Of a stretch of 64,000 bases of DNA, positions 1-10,511 are shown piece after piece. How positions within the stretch are numbered: position 1 is the stretch's first letter; each line of letters begins with the position of its first letter. The DNA is taken from positions 5,471-69,470 of the IMG/VR virus record IMGVR_UViG_3300020433_000743. One strand, written 5' to 3'. The notes under the pieces were generated by a model. It made no database searches. It was not told where the DNA came from and saw only the letters and a list, made by a program, of their open reading frames with translations. The stretch is from a virus. The position numbers were made by a program, and so were the translations under genes.

Positions 1-503
1 TTATAATAATCTAATCCAACAAACTGATGATTAGGATTAGTAAGATAATCTGTTCTGCGAATATGTAACCCTATTACTCTACCACCTTCTAAGAATCCTT
101 GCATCATATCGTCACAAGGTGTTAATATTTCATCACGAAACTCAAAATCTCTACGAATAGTTTCTTCTACATTCTTAAAATATTTTTCACTCTGAAAGAA
201 TCCCCATAAAGATACCCAATCACCTACATTAAATATTTTTTCATCAAAATTAAATCCACTCTCAGGAACTACAGGTCTTTTATCATCAATGAATTGAATA
301 TTAAAATCATTTACTGATTCCATTTTAAAGCAATCAAACAATTCAGTCTTAAGCATATTACCTAGACCATCATCAACTTCATTATCCCATTTTGGTAAAC
401 AGAAATTTGTATTATTGTTTGCAGCAATACCTCTGAGTGCAGCATACTGAAACATCTGATTCCCTATTCTTCCTAGTCTTCCTAAGTGATTAAATCCGAT
501 CAT
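1..503 (-). CDS. Alpha-1,2-fucosyltransferase-like glycosyltransferase (GT11), partial; runs off the window start
   Basis: Hand translation from ATG at 503 gives MIGFNHLGRLGRIGNQMFQYAALRGIA...GFFQSEKYF...GLHIRRTDY, with the GT11 motifs GxGNQMFQYA and HIRRxDY. Not in the ORF track. Confidence 0.85.
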   Translation of the reverse strand, partial: MIGFNHLGRLGRIGNQMFQYAALRGIAANNNTNFCLPKWDNEVDDGLGNMLKTELFDCFKMESVNDFNIQFIDDKRPVVPESGFNFDEKIFNVGDWVSLWGFFQSEKYFKNVEETIRRDFEFRDEILTPCDDMMQGFLEGGRVIGLHIRRTDYLTNPNHQFVGLDYY

Positions 504-1159
504 GAATTAAACCCCTTCTTATCAAGACCCATTGTTCTATAACCAATCCTATCCATATTTTGTTTTTGATCATACTGTAAGAAACATCCTAACATATATT
601 TTGCGTAACCGTTTTTAGGTGGTCTTCCTCTATGTAGATATGTCCATGCAACAGGAAATAAAGCCAATGTTCCTGTCTCAACTTTTGTTCTAAAATTTAA
701 TTGTGGGAACTCTGTCTCTCCATCATCAAAATCATCATTCAAATAACATACCAATGCTAAGAATCTCTTTGCAGTATCAGCATTACCTACATCTACGTGA
801 GTATCATGTTGTTGGTCTGTATCACATAAGAATCTTTTGATTCTAAGATTTTCATATCTAAATGTTCTAGGCCATTGATGCTTATGAAGATTACAATCCT
901 TCTGATACTGACCAATTTGTGCTTGAAATCTTGCAATGACCTGTTGAAATGGTTCATTAAATTCCTGATGCTGCATGATATCAAGTCTCTGACAGTTGCA
1001 AGCACCACAAGTTTTAACACCTTGTGAGTTATAACAAATGCTCATTCTTTTTATTCTTTCTTCTTGCTCAGCCCATAATTTTTCATAGGTATCTATCATC
1101 TGTTTACACAGATCTCTGGGAAGTACATTTCTATAAACTTTAATAAACTGTGCTTCCAT
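500..1159 (-). CDS. 2OG-Fe(II) oxygenase (prolyl-4-hydroxylase-like)
   Basis: HxD (THVD), YLND..GETEF and WTYLHRG motifs. Start moved to MEAQF, which abuts the upstream stop. Confidence 0.8.
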   Translation of the reverse strand: MEAQFIKVYRNVLPRDLCKQMIDTYEKLWAEQEERIKRMSICYNSQGVKTCGACNCQRLDIMQHQEFNEPFQQVIARFQAQIGQYQKDCNLHKHQWPRTFRYENLRIKRFLCDTDQQHDTHVDVGNADTAKRFLALVCYLNDDFDDGETEFPQLNFRTKVETGTLALFPVAWTYLHRGRPPKNGYAKYMLGCFLQYDQKQNMDRIGYRTMGLDKKGFNS

Positions 1160-2100
1160 TATCCTAATACTTTTTTGACGTTTGGAAGATATGTATTCTG
1201 AATAACGTTTTTCCAATCAAATTGTTTACTGTACTCTCTAATTTCATCTCTATGTTCTACTGAATATTTTCTATTCTTTTCTATTTCATACTCAATAAAA
1301 TCAATATCATTAATATGCTTTTCCTCAATCACTGTGATAAATTCTTTACTAGTATCAAGATTTGCTTTACCCCACTGACATACAACTACTCCTAGGCCAG
1401 CAGCAAATGCTTCCATACACACTAGAGGATGTGCCTCACCATCAGAAAGAAGAACTAAGTTACCATACTCTGTAAGGTTTTCATGAAGATGTTCTTTTGT
1501 CCATTCACCAAGATAATTTTTTGTTGTATCAAATCTATCATCAGCAATATTACCTGCAAAATGAAGACTATCAATAGATTGAAATAGATGTTGTCGCTTA
1601 CGATAATCTATCTTTGCAAGGTAGATACTACGATGTCCAAAGATAGGTAAATCAGAAAATCTAAATGCACTACAATTAACTCCATTAGGACTAATATATA
1701 ATTTTTCTTTAGGGATATCAAACATCACATTATATACTTGCTTGATTCCTTCAGACAAACAAAATACTCTAGGTTTAATTTTTGCAAATGTGTTAGCAAT
1801 ATTTACATACCCACCAAACATATTTGGTCTTTCCAAATACCCATAATGACTTGTACATACACAAGGATATTGAATGTATGGATAAAGGCCAACCCAATCA
1901 TCATAATGTATATGAACAAAATCTGGACTGTAGTGATTAATCTGATCTAATATATCTTTCGGATCTGTTGTATTAACAATATCAACTTCATGTCCTAGTT
2001 CTTTTAGAACATTACTCATATCCCATACTAAAGATTCAACTGCTCCCCACCCTACAGGAGGTATGGGTGTATGTCCTGGCCCAACAATAGAAAATTTCAT
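1159..2100 (-). CDS. Glycosyltransferase (GT4/GT-B fold)
   Basis: PIPPVGWGAVE N-terminus and EAHPLVCMEAFAAG (ExxxxxxxE) motif. Confidence 0.85.
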   Translation of the reverse strand: MKFSIVGPGHTPIPPVGWGAVESLVWDMSNVLKELGHEVDIVNTTDPKDILDQINHYSPDFVHIHYDDWVGLYPYIQYPCVCTSHYGYLERPNMFGGYVNIANTFAKIKPRVFCLSEGIKQVYNVMFDIPKEKLYISPNGVNCSAFRFSDLPIFGHRSIYLAKIDYRKRQHLFQSIDSLHFAGNIADDRFDTTKNYLGEWTKEHLHENLTEYGNLVLLSDGEAHPLVCMEAFAAGLGVVVCQWGKANLDTSKEFITVIEEKHINDIDFIEYEIEKNRKYSVEHRDEIREYSKQFDWKNVIQNTYLPNVKKVLG

Positions 2101-3005
2101 CGACTAGTGATCCATTCTAAAACATCAACTTCAGGCTTCCATCCTATGGTTTCACCTATCTTAGTTATATCAGCAAGAGTGGTGTCCATTTCACCACTAC
2201 GTTCAGCAATATAAGTTTGATTATCAGATATACTATCTGCTATCTGTTGAACAGAATAATTCTTACCACTACCAACATTAAATACCTCACCTATGTTATC
2301 TTTTAGAGGCATAATTGAAGCAAGATAGTTTGCTCTTGCAATATCTTTAACGTATATAAAGTCACGCTTCTGTGACCCGTCACCAACGATAGTAAGTGGT
2401 TCACCTGATTCTTTCTGTCTATCAAATATACCTATTACAGGAGCATATTGACCCCTTGTAGGGCATCTTTCCCCAAAGACATTAAAATATCTCAAAACAA
2501 TTGTTTCCAATCCATAAAGACTAGAATACATCTTACAAAATTTTTCTCCTGCAGCCTTTGATGCTGAATATGGATTCAAACAATCGTCTAGTTGAGTCTC
2601 TACATTTGGATATGGATTGTTTCCATAGGCAGATGATGTAGATGAATAAACTAATCTCTTAACACCTGCTTCTCTAGCACATTGAAGGACAGTAGTTGTT
2701 CCAACACAGTTTCTATAGACTGCATCAATAGGATTATTAATAGCAGGTTGTAGTCTTGCTTCTGCTGCTAAATGAAAACAATAATCTACATTAGTAAATG
2801 CATTTTTAAGTGCTTTGTAATCTGTTATATCAACATTAACATTCCATGCATCTTCATTCCAATGAAACTTATCATTATCAGCACTTTCATTATCCACACA
2901 AACAACATTATGTCCTCGTTCCAGTAGATAATCTACTAAATTGGAACCAATAAATCCTGCTCCACCTGTTACTAATGATATTGGATTACTTTGTGAACTG
3001 TTCAT
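2097..3005 (-). CDS. NAD-dependent nucleotide-sugar epimerase/dehydratase (UDP-glucose 4-epimerase-like)
   Basis: TGGAGFIGS, YSASK and LRYFNVFG motifs. Confidence 0.9.
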   Translation of the reverse strand: MNSSQSNPISLVTGGAGFIGSNLVDYLLERGHNVVCVDNESADNDKFHWNEDAWNVNVDITDYKALKNAFTNVDYCFHLAAEARLQPAINNPIDAVYRNCVGTTTVLQCAREAGVKRLVYSSTSSAYGNNPYPNVETQLDDCLNPYSASKAAGEKFCKMYSSLYGLETIVLRYFNVFGERCPTRGQYAPVIGIFDRQKESGEPLTIVGDGSQKRDFIYVKDIARANYLASIMPLKDNIGEVFNVGSGKNYSVQQIADSISDNQTYIAERSGEMDTTLADITKIGETIGWKPEVDVLEWITSR

Positions 3006-3618
3006 GATAACCACTCTTGTATAATTGATCCAGATGTCTTGCTTGAGGTGTTGAAAAATCTTCGTAGAAATTAATGTTCATAACGACCCTTCTACTCGTA
3101 TCTGTACAGGTAGTTCCTGTATGTTTTAAATTGTTATCAAAGATAACTATTCTATTTTCTTTAGTATACACCTTTTCTCCAGTTTTTTCAAACATAGTGT
3201 AACCATCGTTATCATTAAAGTAAAGGACTGCAGTTTTGGCCTTAGGAAGATCATTATCTACATGAAATCCATGTTCCATAATTTTACTGCGTCTTGGATT
3301 TAGATTCAATTTCATTTTAATCAATACCTTACAATTCAATTTTGGGTTTTGAAGAATAGGAAGAAATAATTGAAAGGATCCTCGGTTAAAAGTAGGTATG
3401 TTTGTCCTTGGTGGAATGTTGGGATTATCACTTGAACTCAGAATTGTATATGGAGTATGTACAAATTGATATGCATCTAATGGATTAACCTTCATTAGAT
3501 GTTGTTGAACTGTCTCTGGAGCAAAAGACCATGGAAATGCATTATGAGGAATCATTACAACATCTCTTATCTGAGACCACACATCCTCAGGCATAAAATT
3601 ATCAATTACTTTAATCAT
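2986..3618 (-). CDS. 2OG-Fe(II) oxygenase-like protein
   Basis: VIDNFM start, GFHVD, KHTG and RRVVMNIN; typical cyanophage family. Confidence 0.7.
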   Translation of the reverse strand: MIKVIDNFMPEDVWSQIRDVVMIPHNAFPWSFAPETVQQHLMKVNPLDAYQFVHTPYTILSSSDNPNIPPRTNIPTFNRGSFQLFLPILQNPKLNCKVLIKMKLNLNPRRSKIMEHGFHVDNDLPKAKTAVLYFNDNDGYTMFEKTGEKVYTKENRIVIFDNNLKHTGTTCTDTSRRVVMNINFYEDFSTPQARHLDQLYKSGYHEQFTK

Positions 3619-4354
3619 ATTCTCCGTAAATTTTACCGTTAATTGTGTGGTAAATTTCTGTTTTTAATTTAGTGCTTGAATATTCATGTTCTCTACTTAA
3701 CCATACAATTTCAATAGATAAATCTTTACCAGTGTAACTTCCATCCATGTAATCTGTACCCAAGAAACGAATATCATAATCATTTAAGTAACTAAGGAAA
3801 GTATCCTCTGCCTGATATACTATAACATCGTCAACATATCTGATTGATTCTAATATCTCTTTTCTATCATCAACACTCTGCACTGGTTTAAGTTTATATG
3901 GTCTGGCCATTGATGGATCTTCATGTAAGGCTACAGTAAGATGATTACAATGTGTTTTTGCCTCTTCAAACATTCTAATATAACCAGGATGAATTACATC
4001 AAAGGCACCTGCAATAATACCTTTCTTAGGTGGTACAGTTTTCTTCCACTCCTCTACATTTATACCCTTATCATCTATAAAAATATCAGCAGTAGGTTTA
4101 TGAAACATAGGTTCTAGATCATGGTACTTAACACCCCATCTATCCAACTGTTCAATTGTGAGTTGTGTCCAATCAATACCAGATCCTCTACCCCTAGCAG
4201 TCATTATAATTATATGATTTCCTTCATCAAATAATCTATTAACCTGTTCCACCATGAATGGAAAGGGAATTGCTTCTAGGTAGCCTGGCTTTAAATCTTC
4301 TTCACGTAATGGAGTATCACAAATAGTTCCATCTAAATCAAAACAATACTTCAT
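3611..4354 (-). CDS. HAD phosphatase / cytidylyltransferase-family fusion protein
   Basis: N-terminal FDLDGT...KP.ADIFIDD (HAD); C-terminal GAFDVIHPGY (TagD/HldE-C type nucleotidyltransferase). Confidence 0.8.
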   Translation of the reverse strand: MKYCFDLDGTICDTPLREEDLKPGYLEAIPFPFMVEQVNRLFDEGNHIIIMTARGRGSGIDWTQLTIEQLDRWGVKYHDLEPMFHKPTADIFIDDKGINVEEWKKTVPPKKGIIAGAFDVIHPGYIRMFEEAKTHCNHLTVALHEDPSMARPYKLKPVQSVDDRKEILESIRYVDDVIVYQAEDTFLSYLNDYDIRFLGTDYMDGSYTGKDLSIEIVWLSREHEYSSTKLKTEIYHTINGKIYGEYD

Positions 4355-4854
4355 ACCACTCCATGTAAAAATATTTGGTGTACACATTCTACCACACCAT
4401 AATTATCACTTGCAATATGATAATTAAAGAGTGCGTTAGTTGCCTCACTCCTTATAGTATTATCGGATTCAAATCCTGTCAATACTCCATAAGAAATTTT
4501 ATTGTCTTCACACCAATCTACACAGTTCAACATATTTAAAGACTCTCCACCAGAACTCATAATAATTACAAGAGTATCTTGCTCAACATAATATTGTAAA
4601 AACTTTTCATATGCTTTATCGTATCCAAAATCGTTCGTAAGCATAGTAATCATAGAAGGATCAGAAAGAATAGAAACTTTCTTATTATGAAACTTCATAT
4701 AATCTTGAGAGATGTGTGAAGCAACTGAATTGCTACCACCATTACCTAAGATAATAATTCTTTTATGGTTAGTAAATGCTTTCTGAAACTTATTAAACTC
4801 ACTCTCCATATGAGCACATTGAAGAGTCTCAACATATTCATTAAATGGATTCAT
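4351..4854 (-). CDS. gmhA: Phosphoheptose isomerase (SIS domain)
   Basis: GNGGSNSVASH, NDFGY and SSGGES motifs. Confidence 0.8.
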   Translation of the reverse strand: MNPFNEYVETLQCAHMESEFNKFQKAFTNHKRIIILGNGGSNSVASHISQDYMKFHNKKVSILSDPSMITMLTNDFGYDKAYEKFLQYYVEQDTLVIIMSSGGESLNMLNCVDWCEDNKISYGVLTGFESDNTIRSEATNALFNYHIASDNYGVVECVHQIFLHGVV

Positions 4855-5795
4855 ACTTTTGATCCGTAAACACCGTTTGGTTCTACAGTTATTCTAACAC
4901 AATCGTATGGAATATTCAAGGTATCTTTCTCAGAAAATACTAGAAAGAATCCTCCATTACCTGCACCACACAATTTATGTGCACATACAGTATCATTTTT
5001 TTCTAGCACATAATCTATTTCAACTATAGTATCACACTCTGCAATAGATGGAGAGGTCTCTTTCTTTTGATGCCAACTCTTTCCTAATAAGAATAAAAAT
5101 TTATCAAGATTTTCCTTCATCAAAGTATCATATGCATTATCACAAGTCTTTAGAAGTGGTTTAACTTTGTCTAAGTTTTTTGAGACTTTTTTGAGGATTC
5201 CTTTTGAGTTCCTTGTAACACCAGAAAACACAAGATGAGTATCATAGCATTCAAATAAATCAGTAGGTAGAAACTCATATGTAACAGAGTTATCCCCCAT
5301 AAAATTAATCCTTTTAAACCCGCCAACACCGCACCCATAAGGGTCTTGATACCCACAATAGGGGTTATAAGTCCTTTCCAAATGATAGGCCAATTTACAT
5401 GCATCGTTATCTGTAATAGATTTGTCTAGGAATAAACAACAAGCCTTGATTAAACTTATCGTATAAGATGATGAAGATGCAAGTCCACTTCCTTGTGAGT
5501 ATGCATCACTTGTGAGTGTAACTTGTACTGGAGGCATATTATAATACTCCAATACTGTTCTTACAACCTCATTTTCTATTTCATTAATACTAGAAACTTC
5601 TTCACGTCGTGAATAGTTTATTATATATTTCCCTTGATTATTATACCCTATTGTATCCTGACTAATTGCAACATAAGTTTTAAGGTTAGATGTAAAACTA
5701 ATTACAGAACCACGGCCATACTTCTCCACAAAATATGGATTATCTGTAGAACCACCGAATAATGAAACCCTTAAAGGACAAGAAGCAATGTACAT
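4851..5795 (-). CDS. hddA: GHMP-family heptose-7-phosphate kinase (HddA-like)
   Basis: PLRVSLFGGSTD, GSGLASSS, GYQD and KLCGAGNGGF motifs. Confidence 0.8.
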   Translation of the reverse strand: MYIASCPLRVSLFGGSTDNPYFVEKYGRGSVISFTSNLKTYVAISQDTIGYNNQGKYIINYSRREEVSSINEIENEVVRTVLEYYNMPPVQVTLTSDAYSQGSGLASSSSYTISLIKACCLFLDKSITDNDACKLAYHLERTYNPYCGYQDPYGCGVGGFKRINFMGDNSVTYEFLPTDLFECYDTHLVFSGVTRNSKGILKKVSKNLDKVKPLLKTCDNAYDTLMKENLDKFLFLLGKSWHQKKETSPSIAECDTIVEIDYVLEKNDTVCAHKLCGAGNGGFFLVFSEKDTLNIPYDCVRITVEPNGVYGSKV

Positions 5796-6730
5796 TATAT
5801 ACTAGAGATAATATTTTTATATTGTTGTATTATATTTACCCAATCGAAATTGTCCTTACAATATTTACGTATGCGTTTCCTCATACTTAATGATATCTTT
5901 CTATTCTCTTCAATTTTATTTTTAAGATACTCAGTATCTTCTAATTTTTTATCAGGAATAACAGTAATAAAAGGTTGGGATAAATCAAGATTAGCAGTAC
6001 TTTGTTCAGATAAAACTAACCCAAGTCCAGCAGCCATGCCTTCCAAACATACGAATGGATGTGCCTCTCCAGAACTTAATAGTATCATGTTAGCATAGGC
6101 CGTCAGATTGTCCATAATATCTTGCTTACTCTGCTCACCAAAGTAACAAGGATCTGTCGTATCAAAAGATGGATCTGCATTATTACCAATGAAATCAATA
6201 TTCAAACCTTTCTTCTGTAAAAATGCTTGTCTCTTTCTTGGTTCTAGTTTACCGACAATAACAGATCTATCTGGATGTAATGCTTCATCATCTATAGTGT
6301 AAGCATCAGTATCAATAGCACAAGGAAGCACTGATACATTTGTACTATCAATACCTCTTCTCACGAATTCTTTTTTTATCCTATCAGATAGTGATACTAT
6401 ATGACTCTGAGAGTTCTTGAGTAAATCATATAAAAATAGATAATGAGGTTCTGGATTTTCTAGGTATGGATAATGGCTTGTGACCATTTTCTTTTTACAA
6501 TTTAAGTGAGGCATTACATTTGAGTAATGATCATAATGTAAATGTACAGCATCAAAATTTCCTGAGTTGACTGTACGTACAACAGAATTCAAATCCTTTG
6601 TATTAATAATTACAACCTCATCACCAATCTTCTTTAACTGATTATTATAATTCCATATAAGATGTTCTACACCACCCCATCCTGTAGGAGGAATGGGCAT
6701 GATTCCAGGCCCAATCAATGCTATTTTCAT
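5795..6730 (-). CDS. Glycosyltransferase (GT4/GT-B fold), paralog of 1159..2100
   Basis: PIPPTGWGGVE and EAHPFVCLEGMAAG motifs. Confidence 0.85.
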   Translation of the reverse strand: MKIALIGPGIMPIPPTGWGGVEHLIWNYNNQLKKIGDEVVIINTKDLNSVVRTVNSGNFDAVHLHYDHYSNVMPHLNCKKKMVTSHYPYLENPEPHYLFLYDLLKNSQSHIVSLSDRIKKEFVRRGIDSTNVSVLPCAIDTDAYTIDDEALHPDRSVIVGKLEPRKRQAFLQKKGLNIDFIGNNADPSFDTTDPCYFGEQSKQDIMDNLTAYANMILLSSGEAHPFVCLEGMAAGLGLVLSEQSTANLDLSQPFITVIPDKKLEDTEYLKNKIEENRKISLSMRKRIRKYCKDNFDWVNIIQQYKNIISSI

Positions 6731-7548
6731 TCTACAAATCCTAGTTCTTGTATAAACTCATAATCTTTATGCATGTTAGCATGATTTTCAAATGGTAGAA
6801 AGAGTTCGGGATTATTTTTATACACATAAGCCATAGCAATCTGTTCGTTGTTCACTAAATTATTACCAATCATTTTATTTTCAAATACATCATGGATTAG
6901 TTCAGCAAATTTCAGCATTGGTTCTTTATAACCACCCCACAGTCCAGCCATGACCCAACTTCTATTATCCCAAAGATAATCTTCACCACAACTATCAGCA
7001 TACACCAAATCAGGGTAGTAAGACATTGATGTTTGAATGATTGCTTTATCTGGATTAGCATTTATTGCTGCTAGTCCTTGTGGAGATGGGTATGGTTTAT
7101 CCAAATCAGTTTCATAAAATAACCTAGACAACCCTGCATCCATCCATAGAAAAACATCTGTATTGAAATGATCTTCTTCGATAGCTCTTTTAACCCATTG
7201 AAACTTAGAAAAAATTACAAGAGGATATAGAGGATTCCTACATTCCAATCTCTCTGGATCATCAATCTTATCCTTATATTTTTTTGAGTTAAGAATCTTA
7301 TTTACTTTTTTATACAGATAGAAGTAAGGTATTTCATCTATCTCATGAGTTATAATTTTAGTAGGTCTATCTGCTCTAAACTCTTCAACAAATTTCTTTG
7401 AAGAAGGATCTACATAGACAACCATGGGTGAAGGTATGCGTAGAGTATTTGCAAACCAATTGATATACTCTTCCCATTTTCTTCCATCTCCTTTTTCTTC
7501 ATCCTCTCTTTGAATATCATAGAGGGCAGTAACTAAAGTAGCAGTCAT
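6727..7548 (-). CDS. HtrL/YibB (WlaTC)-family putative glycosyltransferase
   Basis: TLVTALYDI, FLWMDAG, GLWGG and NNEQIAM motifs. Confidence 0.7.
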   Translation of the reverse strand: MTATLVTALYDIQREDEEKGDGRKWEEYINWFANTLRIPSPMVVYVDPSSKKFVEEFRADRPTKIITHEIDEIPYFYLYKKVNKILNSKKYKDKIDDPERLECRNPLYPLVIFSKFQWVKRAIEEDHFNTDVFLWMDAGLSRLFYETDLDKPYPSPQGLAAINANPDKAIIQTSMSYYPDLVYADSCGEDYLWDNRSWVMAGLWGGYKEPMLKFAELIHDVFENKMIGNNLVNNEQIAMAYVYKNNPELFLPFENHANMHKDYEFIQELGFVE

Positions 7549-7551
7549 AAT

Positions 7552-8457
7552 TTAAGATAATTGTGCGGGTCTTCGCCATTGTTGCCAATCAGCGTCGTCA
7601 GTATAGTGCAGTCCTTCTTCACAGTAATCGCAAAGATCTGCACCTTCTTTTCTAATCCTTTTTACAGTCTCAGAATTTTCATATTCTTCCCAAGTATTCT
7701 CTACAAGATTACCTAAGACTTCATCAAGGCCATAGTCTTGACAGCAGAGAGATAAGGATCCATCAGGTAATAAAACATTCTGATATACTCTAGAACAATT
7801 ACCTCTAATATTTTGATCAGGTGGAACCTTACCTTTTTTCTCTAATAATATATTCATTGCTCTACTATTAACCTGACGTTCACCAACATAAAAATAATTC
7901 CGCAAGTCATTAAGTTCTGGATGAAGATCTCCTAGACAATGGAAGTCAAGTTTATATTGACCCCATCCATTACCAGGATTTTGTATTATAAAATTTAACA
8001 TATCATAATATTCTTCACTAAGTTTCTTTATTCTCCTACCATTTTCTTCATATACTTCAACTGGAATTTGAACTCCAATCATTTCATCGAACGCACCAGA
8101 AGGTAAATGTATATGCAATTCTCTAAAATTAATATCTTTAACTCTCATCCAATCATCTTTTTTTAAACCAACCAAAGTTGTATTTAAAAGAATGCTATAA
8201 CCTCTTTCATAAGCATGTAATAACATATCAGGTGTTACTGGATTGAGAAATGGTTCTACATATCCAGTAAAATTTAATCCAACATGTAATGGAATAGTAC
8301 TAAGACATTTTTTAAATGTCTCTAAGGTCATCATAGTATCTTTATCATGACCAATTCTTTCCCTATACCTTTTTATTAGGGTGGATTGAGGACAATATTC
8401 ACAATAATTCTTACACCCTATTCTGGGTGTTATTTCTATATTGTGTTTGATGTTCAT
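7552..8457 (-). CDS. Radical SAM protein with SPASM/twitch domain
   Basis: CKNYCEYC (CxxxCxxC) and C-terminal DGSLSLCCQD..LGNL...CDYC. Confidence 0.85.
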   Translation of the reverse strand: MNIKHNIEITPRIGCKNYCEYCPQSTLIKRYRERIGHDKDTMMTLETFKKCLSTIPLHVGLNFTGYVEPFLNPVTPDMLLHAYERGYSILLNTTLVGLKKDDWMRVKDINFRELHIHLPSGAFDEMIGVQIPVEVYEENGRRIKKLSEEYYDMLNFIIQNPGNGWGQYKLDFHCLGDLHPELNDLRNYFYVGERQVNSRAMNILLEKKGKVPPDQNIRGNCSRVYQNVLLPDGSLSLCCQDYGLDEVLGNLVENTWEEYENSETVKRIRKEGADLCDYCEEGLHYTDDADWQQWRRPAQLS

Positions 8458-9320
8458 TCTTCGATTCTCTCCAGAATAACTTCTTTACCAATTCTATTAT
8501 ACTGAAGATAATCTACACCATTGTAAATGGGATCTTGATCTATTTGATAGTTAGTCCAATCACCAAAGTAAGGACGATTAACATCAATGATCCCTGCAAT
8601 AGCATCTATAGAAGATCCTACATCAAGGAATACTGCATCAGTATACTTCTTTAGCCTATGTAGGAGACCAGACTTGACGTGTCCTATACCAACTAAGAAT
8701 ATTTTAGAGGTAGAGTTTTTAAGTTGTTCACCAACCATCTTTTCTGTTGCATCAAGATCATCACAAGCAAACTTTTGAGGAATAGTAATATAGTCCTCAA
8801 ACTTTTCAATACCCAAATAATCTTGATACTGTTCTGCTTCTAAAATATTTTCAATAATATTTAATTTAGTATTAGCACCAAGTAAACCTATCTTTCCTGC
8901 AAAGGTTTGTAGTAACCATTTGTTAGCAACTAGACCATACCCATACTCTGCAGGATAATCAATCTTCCTAGCAATTACTTCTCTAAAATTAGCCATGTTC
9001 TCTGGATATATTTCACAAGTATAGTAATCACATAGTTGTGCACCCCTTACAAATGCTTCATGGTCTATTTCTTCATAAGGTTTTCCCAGAGCCCTCTTAC
9101 CAGGTGTTGCACTCCCAACAGATCTTTTCTGTAAGAAATAATAATCTCCATCACCAAATTTGTAAAAGGTTTTACTCTCACCTTTATCTACAAGATCAAC
9201 TAAGAGAGATTTAAACTCTTCTAATTTTTCTTGGAATTTTGGAAACGCAGTTTTATCACCAAAACAATAATGGGAATCTAAATTTTCTGATCCCTCAATT
9301 TTATACATGCTTAGATACAT
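8454..9320 (-). CDS. Hypothetical protein of the glycan island (possible GT-D-like fold)
   Basis: FYKFGDGD and FLDVGSSIDA resemble GT-D (DUF1792) motifs; cluster context. Confidence 0.5.
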   Translation of the reverse strand: MYLSMYKIEGSENLDSHYCFGDKTAFPKFQEKLEEFKSLLVDLVDKGESKTFYKFGDGDYYFLQKRSVGSATPGKRALGKPYEEIDHEAFVRGAQLCDYYTCEIYPENMANFREVIARKIDYPAEYGYGLVANKWLLQTFAGKIGLLGANTKLNIIENILEAEQYQDYLGIEKFEDYITIPQKFACDDLDATEKMVGEQLKNSTSKIFLVGIGHVKSGLLHRLKKYTDAVFLDVGSSIDAIAGIIDVNRPYFGDWTNYQIDQDPIYNGVDYLQYNRIGKEVILERIEE

Positions 9321-9322
9321 AG

Positions 9323-10510
9323 TTACTCCCAGAACCTCCACCAAGGTTTTTCTATTTCTACAGTAGGTTCTTCTACCTCTGCAGGTTGTGGTGCATTGTC
9401 TTTAAAATATTGTAAGACCCAGTATATAACATAATCAATATCCTCATCATTCATACCAGGATGACATGGTAAACTAATTAGTTTTTTCCATTCTACATTT
9501 GCTACAGGATAATCACGTTGATTCATATCCTTAACAACATCATATAAATGGAGTGGTTTAAAATGCACACTAGTATGTATCTTCTTATCAGCAAGGTAAT
9601 CTATAAGATCATCACGCACTTCTGGATCTACTTTAGCACAGTAATACTGAACAGTTTCACTATGTGGAGGTGCTTGAATAACATCACCTAACTCTTCATT
9701 ATATCTTTTCTGTACATGCCTTCTCCATTCTAGATTCTTAGGCAACTTTTTCATTTGCTCCAAACAAATTGCTGCTTGAAGATCAATCATATAACACTTA
9801 TAACCTAACATATCTACTTCATAATCCCAAGAATAGCCAGGCTTTCCTGTTAGACCATCATCCTTTTTAACTCTGGAATATGTACTGGTAATTCCTAACC
9901 AAGTCATAGGAACTAACTTATCATATAACTCTTTATCATTTGTAGTAATCATACCACCATCACCACAAGGCATTGTTTTAACTGCTTGGAAAGACCAGAC
10001 AGCAACATCACCCTTTGTACCTGCACCTTCTGTATAACAACTGTGTGCACAATCTTCTATAATTAATCCATCATAAAACTTACGGATCTCATCTATAGGA
10101 GCAGGAACACCTGCCTGATTTACAGCAATGATTGCTTTAGTATTAGGTTTTAAACTCTTCCTTACATCCTCTGGATCTAAACACATGGTAACTGGATCTA
10201 CATCTACAATATTAGATGTACAATTATTCCATAAAGGAACAACAGCAGTAGTCATAAAAGATATAGTAGGATTAATAATATCACAATCTTTAATTCCAAG
10301 TGCTTTCAAAACTAAGTCTTGGCCACTGGTAGCACTATTAACTGCTACAGCATACTTAGCACCCACCATCTCAGCAAACTCTTTTTCAAACTGAGCAACC
10401 TTAGGGCCTTTACCCCACCAACCACTTTCAATTGATTCTCTAATAGCATTTACTTCTTCATCTCCACCAACTGGACGAAGAACAGGTAACATGGTGTCTC
10501 TAATTTCCAT
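9323..10510 (-). CDS. DegT/DnrJ/EryC1/StrS PLP-dependent sugar aminotransferase
   Basis: AVNSATSG, IIEDCAH and SFQAVKTMPCGDGG (PLP lysine). Confidence 0.9.
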   Translation of the reverse strand: MEIRDTMLPVLRPVGGDEEVNAIRESIESGWWGKGPKVAQFEKEFAEMVGAKYAVAVNSATSGQDLVLKALGIKDCDIINPTISFMTTAVVPLWNNCTSNIVDVDPVTMCLDPEDVRKSLKPNTKAIIAVNQAGVPAPIDEIRKFYDGLIIEDCAHSCYTEGAGTKGDVAVWSFQAVKTMPCGDGGMITTNDKELYDKLVPMTWLGITSTYSRVKKDDGLTGKPGYSWDYEVDMLGYKCYMIDLQAAICLEQMKKLPKNLEWRRHVQKRYNEELGDVIQAPPHSETVQYYCAKVDPEVRDDLIDYLADKKIHTSVHFKPLHLYDVVKDMNQRDYPVANVEWKKLISLPCHPGMNDEDIDYVIYWVLQYFKDNAPQPAEVEEPTVEIEKPWWRFWE

Positions 10511-10511
10511 T

